Shown: positions 47,955 through 57,589 of the stretch, piece after piece | How positions within the stretch are numbered: the first letter of the stretch is position 1 | Layout: every line of letters starts with the position of its first letter | Assembly: GCA_041675285.1 (NCBI GenBank) | Contig: JBAYTZ010000018.1 | Span: forward strand, 7,586-71,585 | Reading direction: 5' to 3' | Length of the DNA: 64,000 nt | Source: Candidatus Delongbacteria bacterium | Lineage (GTDB): Bacteria; CAIWAD01 | The notes under the pieces: model-generated | The model's database searches: none | What the model saw: only the letters and a program-made list of their open reading frames with translations | What the model was told of the DNA's origin: nothing | Made by a program: the position numbers and the translations under genes

Positions 47955-48649
47955 GCCGCCCGCTCTGGACTTTGGCGGCGCTGGGCGCCCTGCTGCCTGC
48001 CACGGGCGGCTCCGCTCCCGGCGACGGGCAGGCCGGCAGCGGACCCCGGGTGGAGGCGCAGATGGTGCTGCGTGCCCGGGTGGAGGATCCCGTGCTGATC
48101 GAGCGCCTGCTCAGCCAGCAGCTGCTGGGCCTGGACGCGCGCGCCGCGGAGGCCGTGGAACTGGTGGACCTGGGCGGCGATGGTTTCGGCGAGGGCGACC
48201 TGCTGCGCCTGCTGCCCGGCGGACAGGGCCATCTGCTGCGCCCCCTGGATCGCGAGCTGCGCGAGACCCTGGCCGGCTGGTCCTTCGCCGCGCACCACGA
48301 GATCCACGCCCCGGCCGACGTGCAGCCGGAGGAGCTGCGCCAGCTGGCTCAGCCCACCGCCGTCCTGCTGGCCGACCTGCTCGGGGCCACCCGGCGCAAT
48401 CTGGGCATCTCACGCTTCGAGCTGGCCCTGGACGTGCGCGAGGACGGTCTGCTGATGCGGGTCTGGGACTATCCGGGCGACAGCCTGTTCGCGCGCCCGG
48501 GCGGCGCGGGCGGACGGCGCGTGCTGGACGTGGTGCAGATCGTGCGCGAGGACACGACCTACGTGGTGGACAAGGTGCTGCGCGACCTGTTGATCCTGGA
48601 GAGCCAGGTGGTGGACACGCTGTACCTGCGCAAGCCGGACCGTCCATGA
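47951..48649 (+). CDS. hypothetical exported protein
   Basis: Hydrophobic N-terminus. Translationally coupled on both sides. No recognisable motif. Confidence 0.3.
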   Translation: MSRPLWTLAALGALLPATGGSAPGDGQAGSGPRVEAQMVLRARVEDPVLIERLLSQQLLGLDARAAEAVELVDLGGDGFGEGDLLRLLPGGQGHLLRPLDRELRETLAGWSFAAHHEIHAPADVQPEELRQLAQPTAVLLADLLGATRRNLGISRFELALDVREDGLLMRVWDYPGDSLFARPGGAGGRRVLDVVQIVREDTTYVVDKVLRDLLILESQVVDTLYLRKPDRP

Positions 48650-50652
48650 ACCTGCGTGCGGGCCTACCCGCGACCTTGGCGGCCTGGCTGCTGGGGGTCT
48701 GCGTCGCCCGGGGAGCGGAGCCGTCGTGGTCCGTCACCCTGCTGGGCTGCGACAGCCTGCGCCTGAGCGGGCGCGCCGCGGGCTGGGACTGGCTGGAGGC
48801 GGAAACGCCGGCCGGATTCCTGGAGCTGGGAGCGGTGGGAGCGGACGGGGCCGTGGACCTGCAGCTGGGCGCGCCGCCGCGCGGCGGGTCGCTGGTGCTG
48901 CGCCCGGCCCGGCTGGACTCGCTGGGTCTGCCGGACTACGGGGACGAGTGGATCTGGAACCGCGCCCTGCCCCGGTTGGAGGCCCGGCTAGAAGGCCGCC
49001 GGCTGGTGGGGCGCGTCCAGCAGGACGGCCGGGACGGGTGTCCCCTGCCCGACCTGATCCTGCGCCTGGAGCACGGCGGCCAGCTCACCGATCTCCAGCG
49101 GCTGCCCGCCGGCAGCTCGTTCGAACTCGATCTCGCCGGCCGCGCCTTCAGCGCGCTGACCCTGGACTGGGGCGGCCTGGGCAAGCCCCTGCGCCTGGCC
49201 GGTCCCGACCAACCCGCCGCCCCTGCCCTGGCCGGTCCGGTCGAGGACGCGGCCCCGGCCGCGCCGGAGTGGGCGGGTTTCGCGGGCGAGGCGCTGGAAC
49301 TGCTCAGCCCCTGGCCGCTGGTGCTGCTGCAGGGCACGGCGACGCTGGAGAATGCCGGCGCCGGACGCTGGCGCGTGACGGCAACCGGGACGGATGAATT
49401 GCTGGTGGCCGCCCGGGACGATGAGGGACGGACCTCGTTGCCCTTCCGCTGGGAGAGCGGCGCGGCGGCCCTGCGGCTGGACGTGCGCCGCACGGGACCC
49501 GGCAGTCTGCAGATCAGCGCACGCGACGCCGTCGTGCCGCCGGAACTCGAACTGGTCTGGCTGGACGGCCAGGGCCGCCAGGGGCGCGCTCCGCTGCCCG
49601 CCGCCGGCCTCACCCTGGAAGGTCTGGCCGGTGTCTGTCGCCTGCAGGCCCTCGGGCCGCAGGGTCCGCTCTGGAAGCAGAGCCTGGATCTGAGCTGGCC
49701 CGCGCCGGGCGGCCTGCGCCTCAGCTCGGCCAGCGACACGCTGCTGACGGCCACGCTGGAGGACGAGCGCGGCTGGAGCGGGCTCTGGGAGCTGGAGTGG
49801 CGCGCCGCGGGCGTCGTCACCCGCCGACCCCCGGCCGCCGCGCACGCCTTCGCCCTGCCGGCGACGGAGCGCCTGCACCTGCGCTGGCGGGCCGGCAGTC
49901 CGCCCAGCCAGAGCCGCTGGTCGGCTTGGCGGGAGATCTCCCTTACGCCCGAACCGCCCGCCGCCGTGGACGTCCGCCCCGCGCCCGGCGGCCTGGAACT
50001 GAACTGGGAGCCGCGCGAGTGGCTGGCCGGCCAGCTGGAGATCGAGCGCGTGCTGGGCGCGGACACCCTGCGCTGGCGGGTGCCCGAGGCGCCGGGAAGC
50101 TGGCTGGACCCGCTGCCCGGCGACCGGTTGGCCCGCTACCGGCTGCGCAGCCGGCTGACCCGCCACCAGAGCGACTGGACCACCGTCTGGGGCGCCCGCC
50201 CGCTGGAGGATCTCCCGGCCGGAACCCTGGCGCGGCGCAGCGTGAGCGTGGCGGAAGTGCGGGCCTTCTCGCGTGAGACCGGGACGGCCCTGCCCGCCGC
50301 CGTCGAGTGGGTGGAAGGCCGGGCCGCGCGGCCCGCCGACGATCAGCCCGCCCTGGGACTGAGCCCGCGGGAAGCGCTGCGGTACTGCAATTGGTTGAAT
50401 GCGCGACTGGGCCTGGACGGCCGCTATGATGAGTCTGCGGCGTGGCAGGCTGGCACGAAGGGTGGCTATCGCCTGCCCGGCACACCGGCGGAAGCAACCG
50501 GGGCGGGGCGGGTCTGGCTGGCGGGCGCGGAAGGCGTGCGGGCCGCCGGCTCCTCGGGGCTGCGCAGCGGCTCCAGCCGCCGACCTTACAGCCTGGACGC
50601 GCGCCAGCCCGACGTGGGGCTCTGCCTGATCTGGAGTCCGCCCGCCCGCTGA
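48646..50652 (+). CDS. exported protein with a degenerate C-terminal FGE-sulfatase (SUMF1 / GldJ-GldK-like) domain
   Basis: Signal peptide. C-terminal VSVAEVRAFSRETG...LSPREALRYCNWLNARLG follows the pattern V..EF.AF...TGy...VSW.DA.AYC.W.g.RL of the FGE fold. Confidence 0.4.
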   Translation: MNLRAGLPATLAAWLLGVCVARGAEPSWSVTLLGCDSLRLSGRAAGWDWLEAETPAGFLELGAVGADGAVDLQLGAPPRGGSLVLRPARLDSLGLPDYGDEWIWNRALPRLEARLEGRRLVGRVQQDGRDGCPLPDLILRLEHGGQLTDLQRLPAGSSFELDLAGRAFSALTLDWGGLGKPLRLAGPDQPAAPALAGPVEDAAPAAPEWAGFAGEALELLSPWPLVLLQGTATLENAGAGRWRVTATGTDELLVAARDDEGRTSLPFRWESGAAALRLDVRRTGPGSLQISARDAVVPPELELVWLDGQGRQGRAPLPAAGLTLEGLAGVCRLQALGPQGPLWKQSLDLSWPAPGGLRLSSASDTLLTATLEDERGWSGLWELEWRAAGVVTRRPPAAAHAFALPATERLHLRWRAGSPPSQSRWSAWREISLTPEPPAAVDVRPAPGGLELNWEPREWLAGQLEIERVLGADTLRWRVPEAPGSWLDPLPGDRLARYRLRSRLTRHQSDWTTVWGARPLEDLPAGTLARRSVSVAEVRAFSRETGTALPAAVEWVEGRAARPADDQPALGLSPREALRYCNWLNARLGLDGRYDESAAWQAGTKGGYRLPGTPAEATGAGRVWLAGAEGVRAAGSSGLRSGSSRRPYSLDARQPDVGLCLIWSPPAR

Positions 50653-50655
50653 GGC

Positions 50656-51129
50656 TTACGGGTCAAGCAGCCGCCACAAGCCCCCGTCCCCTTCCACCCA
50701 CAACCCCTGGCCGCGGCGCAGCCCGCGCGGCAGCACGCCGTCCAGCCCGTGCTTGCGGGCCAGCAGGGGCGGCAACCCCAGGCAGAGTTCGAAGTGGGTC
50801 ACCACCACCAGCAGCTCGGTCCCGCGGGACCACTCGTCCAGCTTGCGCACCAGGCCGGGCAGGTCCTGTTCCCAACTGCCCGGCGGGCCGTCGGGCCCGC
50901 TCCAGAGCCGCGGGTCCTCCTCCGGCTCGCGCAGCCCCAGAAAGGAGCAGAGGGCGGAGGCGGTCTGGCGGGCCCGGGGAGCCGGACTGCTCAGCACCCG
51001 GGCCTCCAACTGCCGACGCCCGCCGGAATCGCGCAACTGGCGGCCCAGCGAGGCCGCCTGGCGTTGTCCCAGGTGGGAGAGGTTGTTGCCGTCCAGGTCG
51101 CCGTGACGGATGAGGGCCAGCGCGTTCAT
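50656..51129 (-). CDS. histidine phosphatase family protein (SixA-like phosphohistidine phosphatase)
   Basis: LALIRHGD (RHG catalytic motif) ...RVLSSPAPRARQTA...VVVTHFEL, about 157 aa. Confidence 0.55.
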   Translation of the reverse strand: MNALALIRHGDLDGNNLSHLGQRQAASLGRQLRDSGGRRQLEARVLSSPAPRARQTASALCSFLGLREPEEDPRLWSGPDGPPGSWEQDLPGLVRKLDEWSRGTELLVVVTHFELCLGLPPLLARKHGLDGVLPRGLRRGQGLWVEGDGGLWRLLDP

Positions 51130-51210
51130 GCGGTTCCTTCCAGCCTTCAGCCAATCCTCGTGCCCGCCGCCACCCGCGCCCGCGTTGTATCACGAACAGA
51201 TCCAGTGAAT

Positions 51211-51996
51211 TCAGCGCCGGAAGACCAGCAGGCCCTTCTTCCAGGCCGGGTGCTCGGCCAGCGGCTCCAGGCGCACCTTCATGGCCCGGCTGGAGGCGTT
51301 GAGCAGCAGCACGCGCCCGCCCTCGTGGACGATGATCCCCACGTGGGTCACGTCCAGGCCGGGCTTGGCCGCCCAGAGACCCACCAGATCGCCGTCGCGC
51401 AGGCTGTCCAGGGTGGACTCGCCCGGCGGGACCCACCAGACCTCCTGCGTGCGGACGGGCACGCCCTGGACCCAGCGGCGCTGGCCTTCCCGCTGGTTGA
51501 GCTCCACGCTGCGCCGGCGGGCGCCGCTGAACCCCGCGCCGGCGTCCGTCAGGCGCGGGCCCGAGTCCAGCCAGTCGCTGAAGAAGTGGTGACGCTGTTT
51601 CCAGTTCACGAGCCCATCGCGGAACCGCACGCGCGCCAGGGCCAGGGCCAGGCTGTCCGCCCTGCCCGCCGCGGGCCGTCCGGCCAGCGAGTTGCCCGCC
51701 AGCAGCCACTCCAGCAGCACCATGCAGTCCACCTTGGACAGGCTGAGGGTCAGACCCGTGGCGGGATCGCGCGGGCCGGCCAGCGCGCCCTTGAGATAGG
51801 GCGTGCCGAGCAGCGAGCGTCCCAGTTCCACCAGGCAGTCCGGCCCGGGAGCGGGGCAGGCCGCGGCGCGGGCGGCGAAGGCCTCCACCTTGGGTTCGGC
51901 CGCCCGGAGTGGCAGCGCCAGCACCAGCAGCCAGCCGATCCAGCACAGGGCCGACAAGCGCCGGCCCTGTGAAGTTTTCAGAAGCGGATGTGTCAC
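51211..51996 (-). CDS. exported hypothetical protein with a possible NlpC/P60-like Cys/His hydrolase fold (DUF1460-like)
   Basis: Signal peptide. A conserved Cys in SKVDCMVLLEWLLA and a His in DVTHVGIIVHEG. GTG start. The long track ORF 51211..52881 was trimmed. Confidence 0.35.
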   Translation of the reverse strand: MTHPLLKTSQGRRLSALCWIGWLLVLALPLRAAEPKVEAFAARAAACPAPGPDCLVELGRSLLGTPYLKGALAGPRDPATGLTLSLSKVDCMVLLEWLLAGNSLAGRPAAGRADSLALALARVRFRDGLVNWKQRHHFFSDWLDSGPRLTDAGAGFSGARRRSVELNQREGQRRWVQGVPVRTQEVWWVPPGESTLDSLRDGDLVGLWAAKPGLDVTHVGIIVHEGGRVLLLNASSRAMKVRLEPLAEHPAWKKGLLVFRR

Positions 51997-52004
51997 AGCG
52001 GTTC

Positions 52005-55000
52005 CTATTGCAGCAGCATGAGCTTGAGCGTCGCGGACTGGCGGTGGCCGTCCGCGGTCTGCAGTTCCAGCCGCGCCAGGTAGAGACCGCTGGCCCGGCC
52101 CGCCGCGGTCCAGCTCAGGCGGCCGGCGCCCGCGGGCACCTCCCGGGCGGCCAGTTCCTCCACCAGTTGTCCGGCGAGGTTGTAGATGCCGCCGCGCAGC
52201 GTGCCCGGCCGCTCGGCGCGCCACTCCAGCACCGTGGTCGGATTGAAGGGATTGGGATGCGCGCCGCTGAGCGCGAAGCCGCGCTCCGGCCGTGTGGCGG
52301 GCGCGGGCTCCACGGCCGTCTCGCCGCGGCTCCAGGCCCCCAGGGCCTCCAGGCTCTCCCGCAGGTTGATCCCGTTGCCGATGTCGGCGATGCCCTCCAG
52401 GCCGAAGCCCAGGGTCAACAGCCCGCCCTCGCCGCACCACAGCTCCTCGGCGGCGCTGCCCGCCTGGTAGTTGTAGTAGTAGGCCTGGGGCGCCATGCAG
52501 TCCAGCAGGCCGGCCAGCACGTCCACCCGGGTCTGGTTGCCCGCGCCGCCGTTGAACAGGTACATGCGCCGGCCGGCGAAGATGCCCTCCGCCACCGTGT
52601 CCACGGCGTTGTTGTCGTAGACGCTGTCCACCAGGGCCAGGCCGCAGTATCCCGAGAGGTCCTCCGTGGACTGGGCCTCGGCGAAGTCCTGGCCCGTGAA
52701 GACCAGGTGCCCGCCATCCTGCCAGTACGACGAGAGTCGCACCCACTCCTCGGGCTCCAGGGCCCGGCGGTTGTCCCCCGTGAACCAGACCACCAGACCG
52801 TAACCGCTGAGGTCGGCGGGCAGCGAGTCCGGCGTGGCCAGCTGGTAGTCCAGCGCGCCCGCCAGGGCCGTCTCGTACCACGTCTCATAGGTCGCGCCGC
52901 CGTCGTCGTCCACCAGCAGCAGCTCGGGGTGGCCGGCGGGGAAACTCTGGCTGAGTTCCAGGCTGCCGCCCGCCCAGGTCACGGTCAGCGTGATGGGCAC
53001 CAGTCCCGAAATGCCGTCCAGCGTGCTGCCCCCCAGGGCCAGCTCGTCGCGGCCACCAAAGGCCAGCGGCGGCCGGACCACGGGACCGGCCAGCTCCACG
53101 TCGGGGTGGCCGCAGGAGAGGGACACGTCCAGCGCGCCGGAGGCCGCGCCCCGGTTGAACAGCTCGAAGGCCAGTTGGAAGGCGCCGCCGGCAGGGATGC
53201 GCTCCAGGGGCTGGCCGGCCTCGTCCAGCAGGCGCAGGTCCGAGCAGTGGATGTCTGTTGCGGGCGGGCTGTCCAGCCGGGTGGCGGGGCCGAGGATCCA
53301 GTCGTCGGGGTCCAGCTCCACGGCCAGGGGTTCGGCGTCCAACAGCAGCCGGTAGCCCTGCGCCGCCTGGTCGTTGGTCACGACCACCGTTTCCGTGGCC
53401 CCGCCCGCCATGGTCACGCGGCAGTCGACGGGCATCGTGAAGGTCTGGCGCTCGGGCGTCTGGGCCTGGATGAGGCCCAGGTCCAGCCAGTAGTGGCCGG
53501 GCGTCCCGGCGGGCTCGGAGGTCCAGAAGTACTCGTAGTCCGGGTAGTACTGGCCCATGATCCACTCGTCGAAGAACCACTCCAGCGACGCGCCGTGCTC
53601 GGCCTCCATGAAGGCGCGGAACTCGTCCGTGGTGGCCGTGCGGTGATACGCCGGCTCGTTGGGCCCCAGGTAGGCGTGGACGGCGGCCCAGAAGGCCTCC
53701 TCGCCCATGACGTGGCGCAGCATGTGCACGACCCAGCCGCCCTTGGAGTAGCTCAAGTTGCCGTCGAAGATGTTGTCGGTGGCGGGATTCTCGACGTAGA
53801 TCGTGCCCGGGCCCAGGTACTCCTCGTAGTTCATGTACTCGTGCAGGGCCTCCGGGCCCAGGTAGTGCTCGAAGTGGATGGCCTCGCTATAGGTGGCCCA
53901 GCCCTCGTTGAGCCAGATGTGGTGGAAGGTGTCGCAGGTGATTTTGTCGCCGAACCACTGGTGCGCCAGTTCGTGGGCCACCACGGCCTCGTTGTAGAAG
54001 CCCATGGACGTGCAGGTCTGGTGCTCCATGGCGCCGCCCCAGGTGTACTGGGCGTGGCCGTACTTCTCATTGCGGAAGGGATAGGTGCCGTAGCGGGTGG
54101 AGAGCGCGTCCAGCGAGGCCAGCCCGGATTCCAGCACGAATTGCTGGTCGCCCGCGCTCAGGCCCCAGGACCAGTCGTGCATGGGCATGTCCTGGCCTTC
54201 CCAGCTCCAGACGGTCTCCGCGTGATTGTACTCGGTGACACAAAGCGAGACCAGATAGGTCACGATGGGCCAGCTCTCGTGCCACGTGAAGGTGCGCGTG
54301 CCGTCCTCGTTCAACACGTTGGAGCGCAGCACGCCGTTGCTCACCGCCGTGTTGAAGTCGTCGGTGGTGATGGCGAAGGTCAGGGAGTCCGCCTTGTCGC
54401 GCGTGTCGTCCTTGCAGGGCCACCAGCAGCGGGCGTCGAAGGGCTCGGCCTGGGTCGTGATGGTGTGCACGTTCTGCCCGGTCTGCACGTTGGCGCGCCA
54501 GGTGCTGAGCACGCCGCAGCCGTTGAACTCGGCGAAGTACTGGATCTGCAGGCGGGCGGCCTGGCCCTCGGCCAGCGCGGCCGGCAGCTGCACGCTCAGC
54601 CGGTCGCCCTCGCGCTGGTAGTCCAGCTCCTGGCTGCCGTCGCTGACGCTGTTGAGGGTCAGGTTGGGCGCGGCGTGCAACTCGAGGACCTCCAGGCCGT
54701 CCAGCCGACTGATCAGCTCCATCTCCACGAAGCCGTTCAGCAGGTCGTCGCCCTGGAAGACGGACACGGCCAGGTCGTAGAAGGTCACGTCGTACCAGGT
54801 CAGCGGATCGTCCTCGCGCAGGGCCTCGTCCAGCAACTGGGACGACTCGAGGCGCGCGGACTGCTTGCCCAGCCGGCAGGCCTCGCGGGCCTGGAGCACT
54901 GCCGCGCGGCCGGGCAGGGCCGTGGCGGGTGGCGCTCCCTGCCAGCCTTCGGTTTGAACTTCGTTCGGAAAGGAACTGCCGGCGGCGGCCGGCGCTGCCG

Positions 55001-55061
55001 ATAAGAGCCAGGCGGCCAGGATCAAGACCAGGGCCGGCCAGGGCGTGTGCGCGCGTTTCAT
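52005..55061 (-). CDS. M1-family zinc aminopeptidase (aminopeptidase N-like) with a T9SS type-A C-terminal sorting domain
   Basis: HELAHQWFGD...LNEGWATY (HEXXH-18-E). C-terminal SGAHPNPFNPTTVLEW...GLYLARL. Signal peptide. Confidence 0.8.
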   Translation of the reverse strand: MKRAHTPWPALVLILAAWLLSAAPAAAGSSFPNEVQTEGWQGAPPATALPGRAAVLQAREACRLGKQSARLESSQLLDEALREDDPLTWYDVTFYDLAVSVFQGDDLLNGFVEMELISRLDGLEVLELHAAPNLTLNSVSDGSQELDYQREGDRLSVQLPAALAEGQAARLQIQYFAEFNGCGVLSTWRANVQTGQNVHTITTQAEPFDARCWWPCKDDTRDKADSLTFAITTDDFNTAVSNGVLRSNVLNEDGTRTFTWHESWPIVTYLVSLCVTEYNHAETVWSWEGQDMPMHDWSWGLSAGDQQFVLESGLASLDALSTRYGTYPFRNEKYGHAQYTWGGAMEHQTCTSMGFYNEAVVAHELAHQWFGDKITCDTFHHIWLNEGWATYSEAIHFEHYLGPEALHEYMNYEEYLGPGTIYVENPATDNIFDGNLSYSKGGWVVHMLRHVMGEEAFWAAVHAYLGPNEPAYHRTATTDEFRAFMEAEHGASLEWFFDEWIMGQYYPDYEYFWTSEPAGTPGHYWLDLGLIQAQTPERQTFTMPVDCRVTMAGGATETVVVTNDQAAQGYRLLLDAEPLAVELDPDDWILGPATRLDSPPATDIHCSDLRLLDEAGQPLERIPAGGAFQLAFELFNRGAASGALDVSLSCGHPDVELAGPVVRPPLAFGGRDELALGGSTLDGISGLVPITLTVTWAGGSLELSQSFPAGHPELLLVDDDGGATYETWYETALAGALDYQLATPDSLPADLSGYGLVVWFTGDNRRALEPEEWVRLSSYWQDGGHLVFTGQDFAEAQSTEDLSGYCGLALVDSVYDNNAVDTVAEGIFAGRRMYLFNGGAGNQTRVDVLAGLLDCMAPQAYYYNYQAGSAAEELWCGEGGLLTLGFGLEGIADIGNGINLRESLEALGAWSRGETAVEPAPATRPERGFALSGAHPNPFNPTTVLEWRAERPGTLRGGIYNLAGQLVEELAAREVPAGAGRLSWTAAGRASGLYLARLELQTADGHRQSATLKLMLLQ

Positions 55062-55209
55062 GTGGGCCTCCGGGAAGCGGAACGGAAGCGGGCCCCGGAG
55101 CGGGAACCCGCACGGCTTGGCGCACCAAGCTCACGAAGCGGGCAAGTTTCCGCAAGCGAAAGAGCTTGCAGGCTGCTAGGTTGACGCGGGAAAAGCGGGA
55201 GGACGGGCC

Positions 55210-56193
55210 ATGATCATCGTGACCGGCGGGGCGGGCTTCATCGGCAGTGCCGTGGTCTGGGAGCTGAACCGGCGCGGGGTGGACGACATCCTCATCGTGG
55301 ACCGGCTGGGCACCACGGAGAAGTGGCACAACCTGGCCAACCTGCGCTACAGCGAGTATCACCACAAGGACCAGTTCCTGCGCGATCTGCGCGCGGACGG
55401 CCTGCCGGCGGGCGTCACGGCCGTGATCCACATGGGGGCCTGCAGCTCGACCACCGAGCGCGACGCCGATTACCTGATGTTCAACAACGTGCACTACAGC
55501 CGCGATCTGGCCCGCGCCTGCGCGGCCGCCGGCGTGCGCCTGGTCTACGCCTCCAGCGCGGCCACCTACGGCGACGGCTCCCAGGGCTACTCCGACGACC
55601 TGCAGAGCCTGGACCGCCTGCGGCCCCTGAGCATCTACGGTTACAGCAAGCACCTCTTTGACCTGTGGATGCGCCGCGAGGGCCTGCTGGACAACGCCGT
55701 GGGCTTCAAATTCTTCAACGTCTTCGGCGTGAACGAGTACCACAAGGGCGAGATGCGCTCCATGGCACTCAAGGCCTGGGAGCAGATCCACGAGCACCAC
55801 CACGTCAAGCTCTTCGCCAGCCACCGCACGGGCCACGCCGACGGCGGCGAGACCCGCGACTTCCTCTACGTGAAGGACGCCGTGCGCTGCGTGGCGGAGG
55901 CCCTGGAGCCCGCCATTCCGGGCGGGATCTACAACCTGGGGACGGGCCGGCCGCGCTCCTTCCGCGACATGGTGCACGCGGTGTTCGCCGCGCTGGGCCG
56001 CGAACCCGACATCGACTGGGTGGCCATGCCGATGGAACTGCGCGACCAGTACCAGTACTACACCTGCGCCGAGATGGACAAGGCCCGCGCCGTGGGCCTC
56101 AGCGTGCCCGCCACGCCGCTGGAGGAGGCCATCGCCGACTACGTCAAGGGCTACCTGGAGCGCACCCGCGCCCACCTGGGCAGCGAGGGCTGA
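55210..56193 (+). CDS. hldD: ADP-L-glycero-D-manno-heptose 6-epimerase
   Basis: MIIVTGGAGFIGS...YGYSK, 327 aa, collinear with HldD/RfaD. Confidence 0.75.
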   Translation: MIIVTGGAGFIGSAVVWELNRRGVDDILIVDRLGTTEKWHNLANLRYSEYHHKDQFLRDLRADGLPAGVTAVIHMGACSSTTERDADYLMFNNVHYSRDLARACAAAGVRLVYASSAATYGDGSQGYSDDLQSLDRLRPLSIYGYSKHLFDLWMRREGLLDNAVGFKFFNVFGVNEYHKGEMRSMALKAWEQIHEHHHVKLFASHRTGHADGGETRDFLYVKDAVRCVAEALEPAIPGGIYNLGTGRPRSFRDMVHAVFAALGREPDIDWVAMPMELRDQYQYYTCAEMDKARAVGLSVPATPLEEAIADYVKGYLERTRAHLGSEG

Positions 56194-56221
56194 GGCGCGA
56201 ACCAGTGAGTTGATTTCATAG

Positions 56222-56247
56222 GGGAGGGCCGACGCCCTCCCTTTTTG
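56222..56247 (+). terminator. rho-independent terminator
   Basis: gggagggc-cgac-gccctccc followed by tttttg. Confidence 0.7.
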
Positions 56248-56502
56248 TGGGCTGTCTGGCCGCTTGCCGGGCGGGGCCTGTCGCCGTCGTTCCCGGATCT
56301 GGCTGATGGAAGGTCGAACCGGTTGACCGGCAACGAATTCGTTCCCCAGTCCCTCTGGTTCGCCCCATTGGTTGACTTGTTAAGAAATCCCACCTTTTGA
56401 CAGCCGAAGCCGGGCCCCGCGCGGGGTCCGCTCCCAATCAGCCAACCGCCGGGAACCCCGCGTGCGAAATGCGGCCGGACCCGGCTCGCCAAGGAGGATC
56501 CG

Positions 56503-57579
56503 ATGGCACATAAGAAGCTCTTCATCCCCGGACCCGTCGATGTCCGGCCGGATGTGTTGGCCGCCATGGCCACGCCCATGATGGGTCACCGCAGCAAGGA
56601 CGCCAGCGCCCTGCAGCGCGCGATCTCCGAGAAGCTCCAGCAGGTCTTCCAGACCCGCGAGCAGATCCTGCTCTCCACCTCCTCGGGCTCGGGCCTGATG
56701 GAGGGCTCCATCCGCTCCTTCACCCAGAAGGGCGTGGCCGTCTTCAGCGTGGGCGCCTTCGGCAAGCGCTGGTACGAGATGGCCGTCCAGAACGGCAAGA
56801 CCGCGGACTTGTTCGAGGTGCCCCAGGGCCAGCACACCACCGCCGAGGCCGTGGAGGCCGCCCTGGCCACGGGCAAGTACGACACCTTCACCATCACGCA
56901 CAACGAAACCTCCAGCGGCGTGATGAACCCCGTCGCCGAGATCGCCGAAGTGCGCCGGCGTTATCCCGACGTGCTCTGGCTGATGGACGCCGTCTCGAGC
57001 ATGGGCGGCGCACCCATCGCCGTGGACGAGCTGGGCGTGGACTGCTGCATCACCAGCAGCCAGAAGGCCCTGGCGCTGCCCCCCGGCTTGGCCGCCTGCA
57101 GCGTCACCAAGCGCGCCATCGAGCGCGGCCGCACGGTCAAGGAGCGCGGCTTCTACTTCGACATGGTCCAGCTCTACGACTTCATCTTCAAGAAGGACTA
57201 CCAATACCCGTCCACGCCCACCCTGAGCCACATGTTCGCGCTGAACCTCCAGCTGGACCTAATGCTCTCCGTCGGCCTGGAGGCCTACTGGAAGCGCCAC
57301 GAGGAAAACATGAAGCTCACGCGCGAGTGGGCGGCCAAGCACTTCCGCCTGCTGGTGGAGGAGAAGTACGCCAGCCGCACCGTCACCGTGGTGCACAACA
57401 CGCGCGAGCTCAACATCAGCGACCTGAACAAGGCGCTGGGCGAGCGCGGCTACCAGATCGCCAACGGCTACGGCGACCTGAAGGACAAGACCTTCCGCAT
57501 CGCGCACATGGGCTGGCGCACGCGCGAGGAGCTGGAAGGCCTGTTCGGGCAGATGGAAGAGATCCTGGGTCTCAAGTAG
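56503..57579 (+). CDS. class V aminotransferase (archaeal-type phosphoserine aminotransferase / serine-pyruvate aminotransferase family)
   Basis: MAHKKLFIPGPV N-terminus and PLP-fold spacing. Immediately followed by a SerA-like dehydrogenase. Confidence 0.65.
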   Translation: MAHKKLFIPGPVDVRPDVLAAMATPMMGHRSKDASALQRAISEKLQQVFQTREQILLSTSSGSGLMEGSIRSFTQKGVAVFSVGAFGKRWYEMAVQNGKTADLFEVPQGQHTTAEAVEAALATGKYDTFTITHNETSSGVMNPVAEIAEVRRRYPDVLWLMDAVSSMGGAPIAVDELGVDCCITSSQKALALPPGLAACSVTKRAIERGRTVKERGFYFDMVQLYDFIFKKDYQYPSTPTLSHMFALNLQLDLMLSVGLEAYWKRHEENMKLTREWAAKHFRLLVEEKYASRTVTVVHNTRELNISDLNKALGERGYQIANGYGDLKDKTFRIAHMGWRTREELEGLFGQMEEILGLK

Positions 57580-57589
57580 GAGTCGCCAC

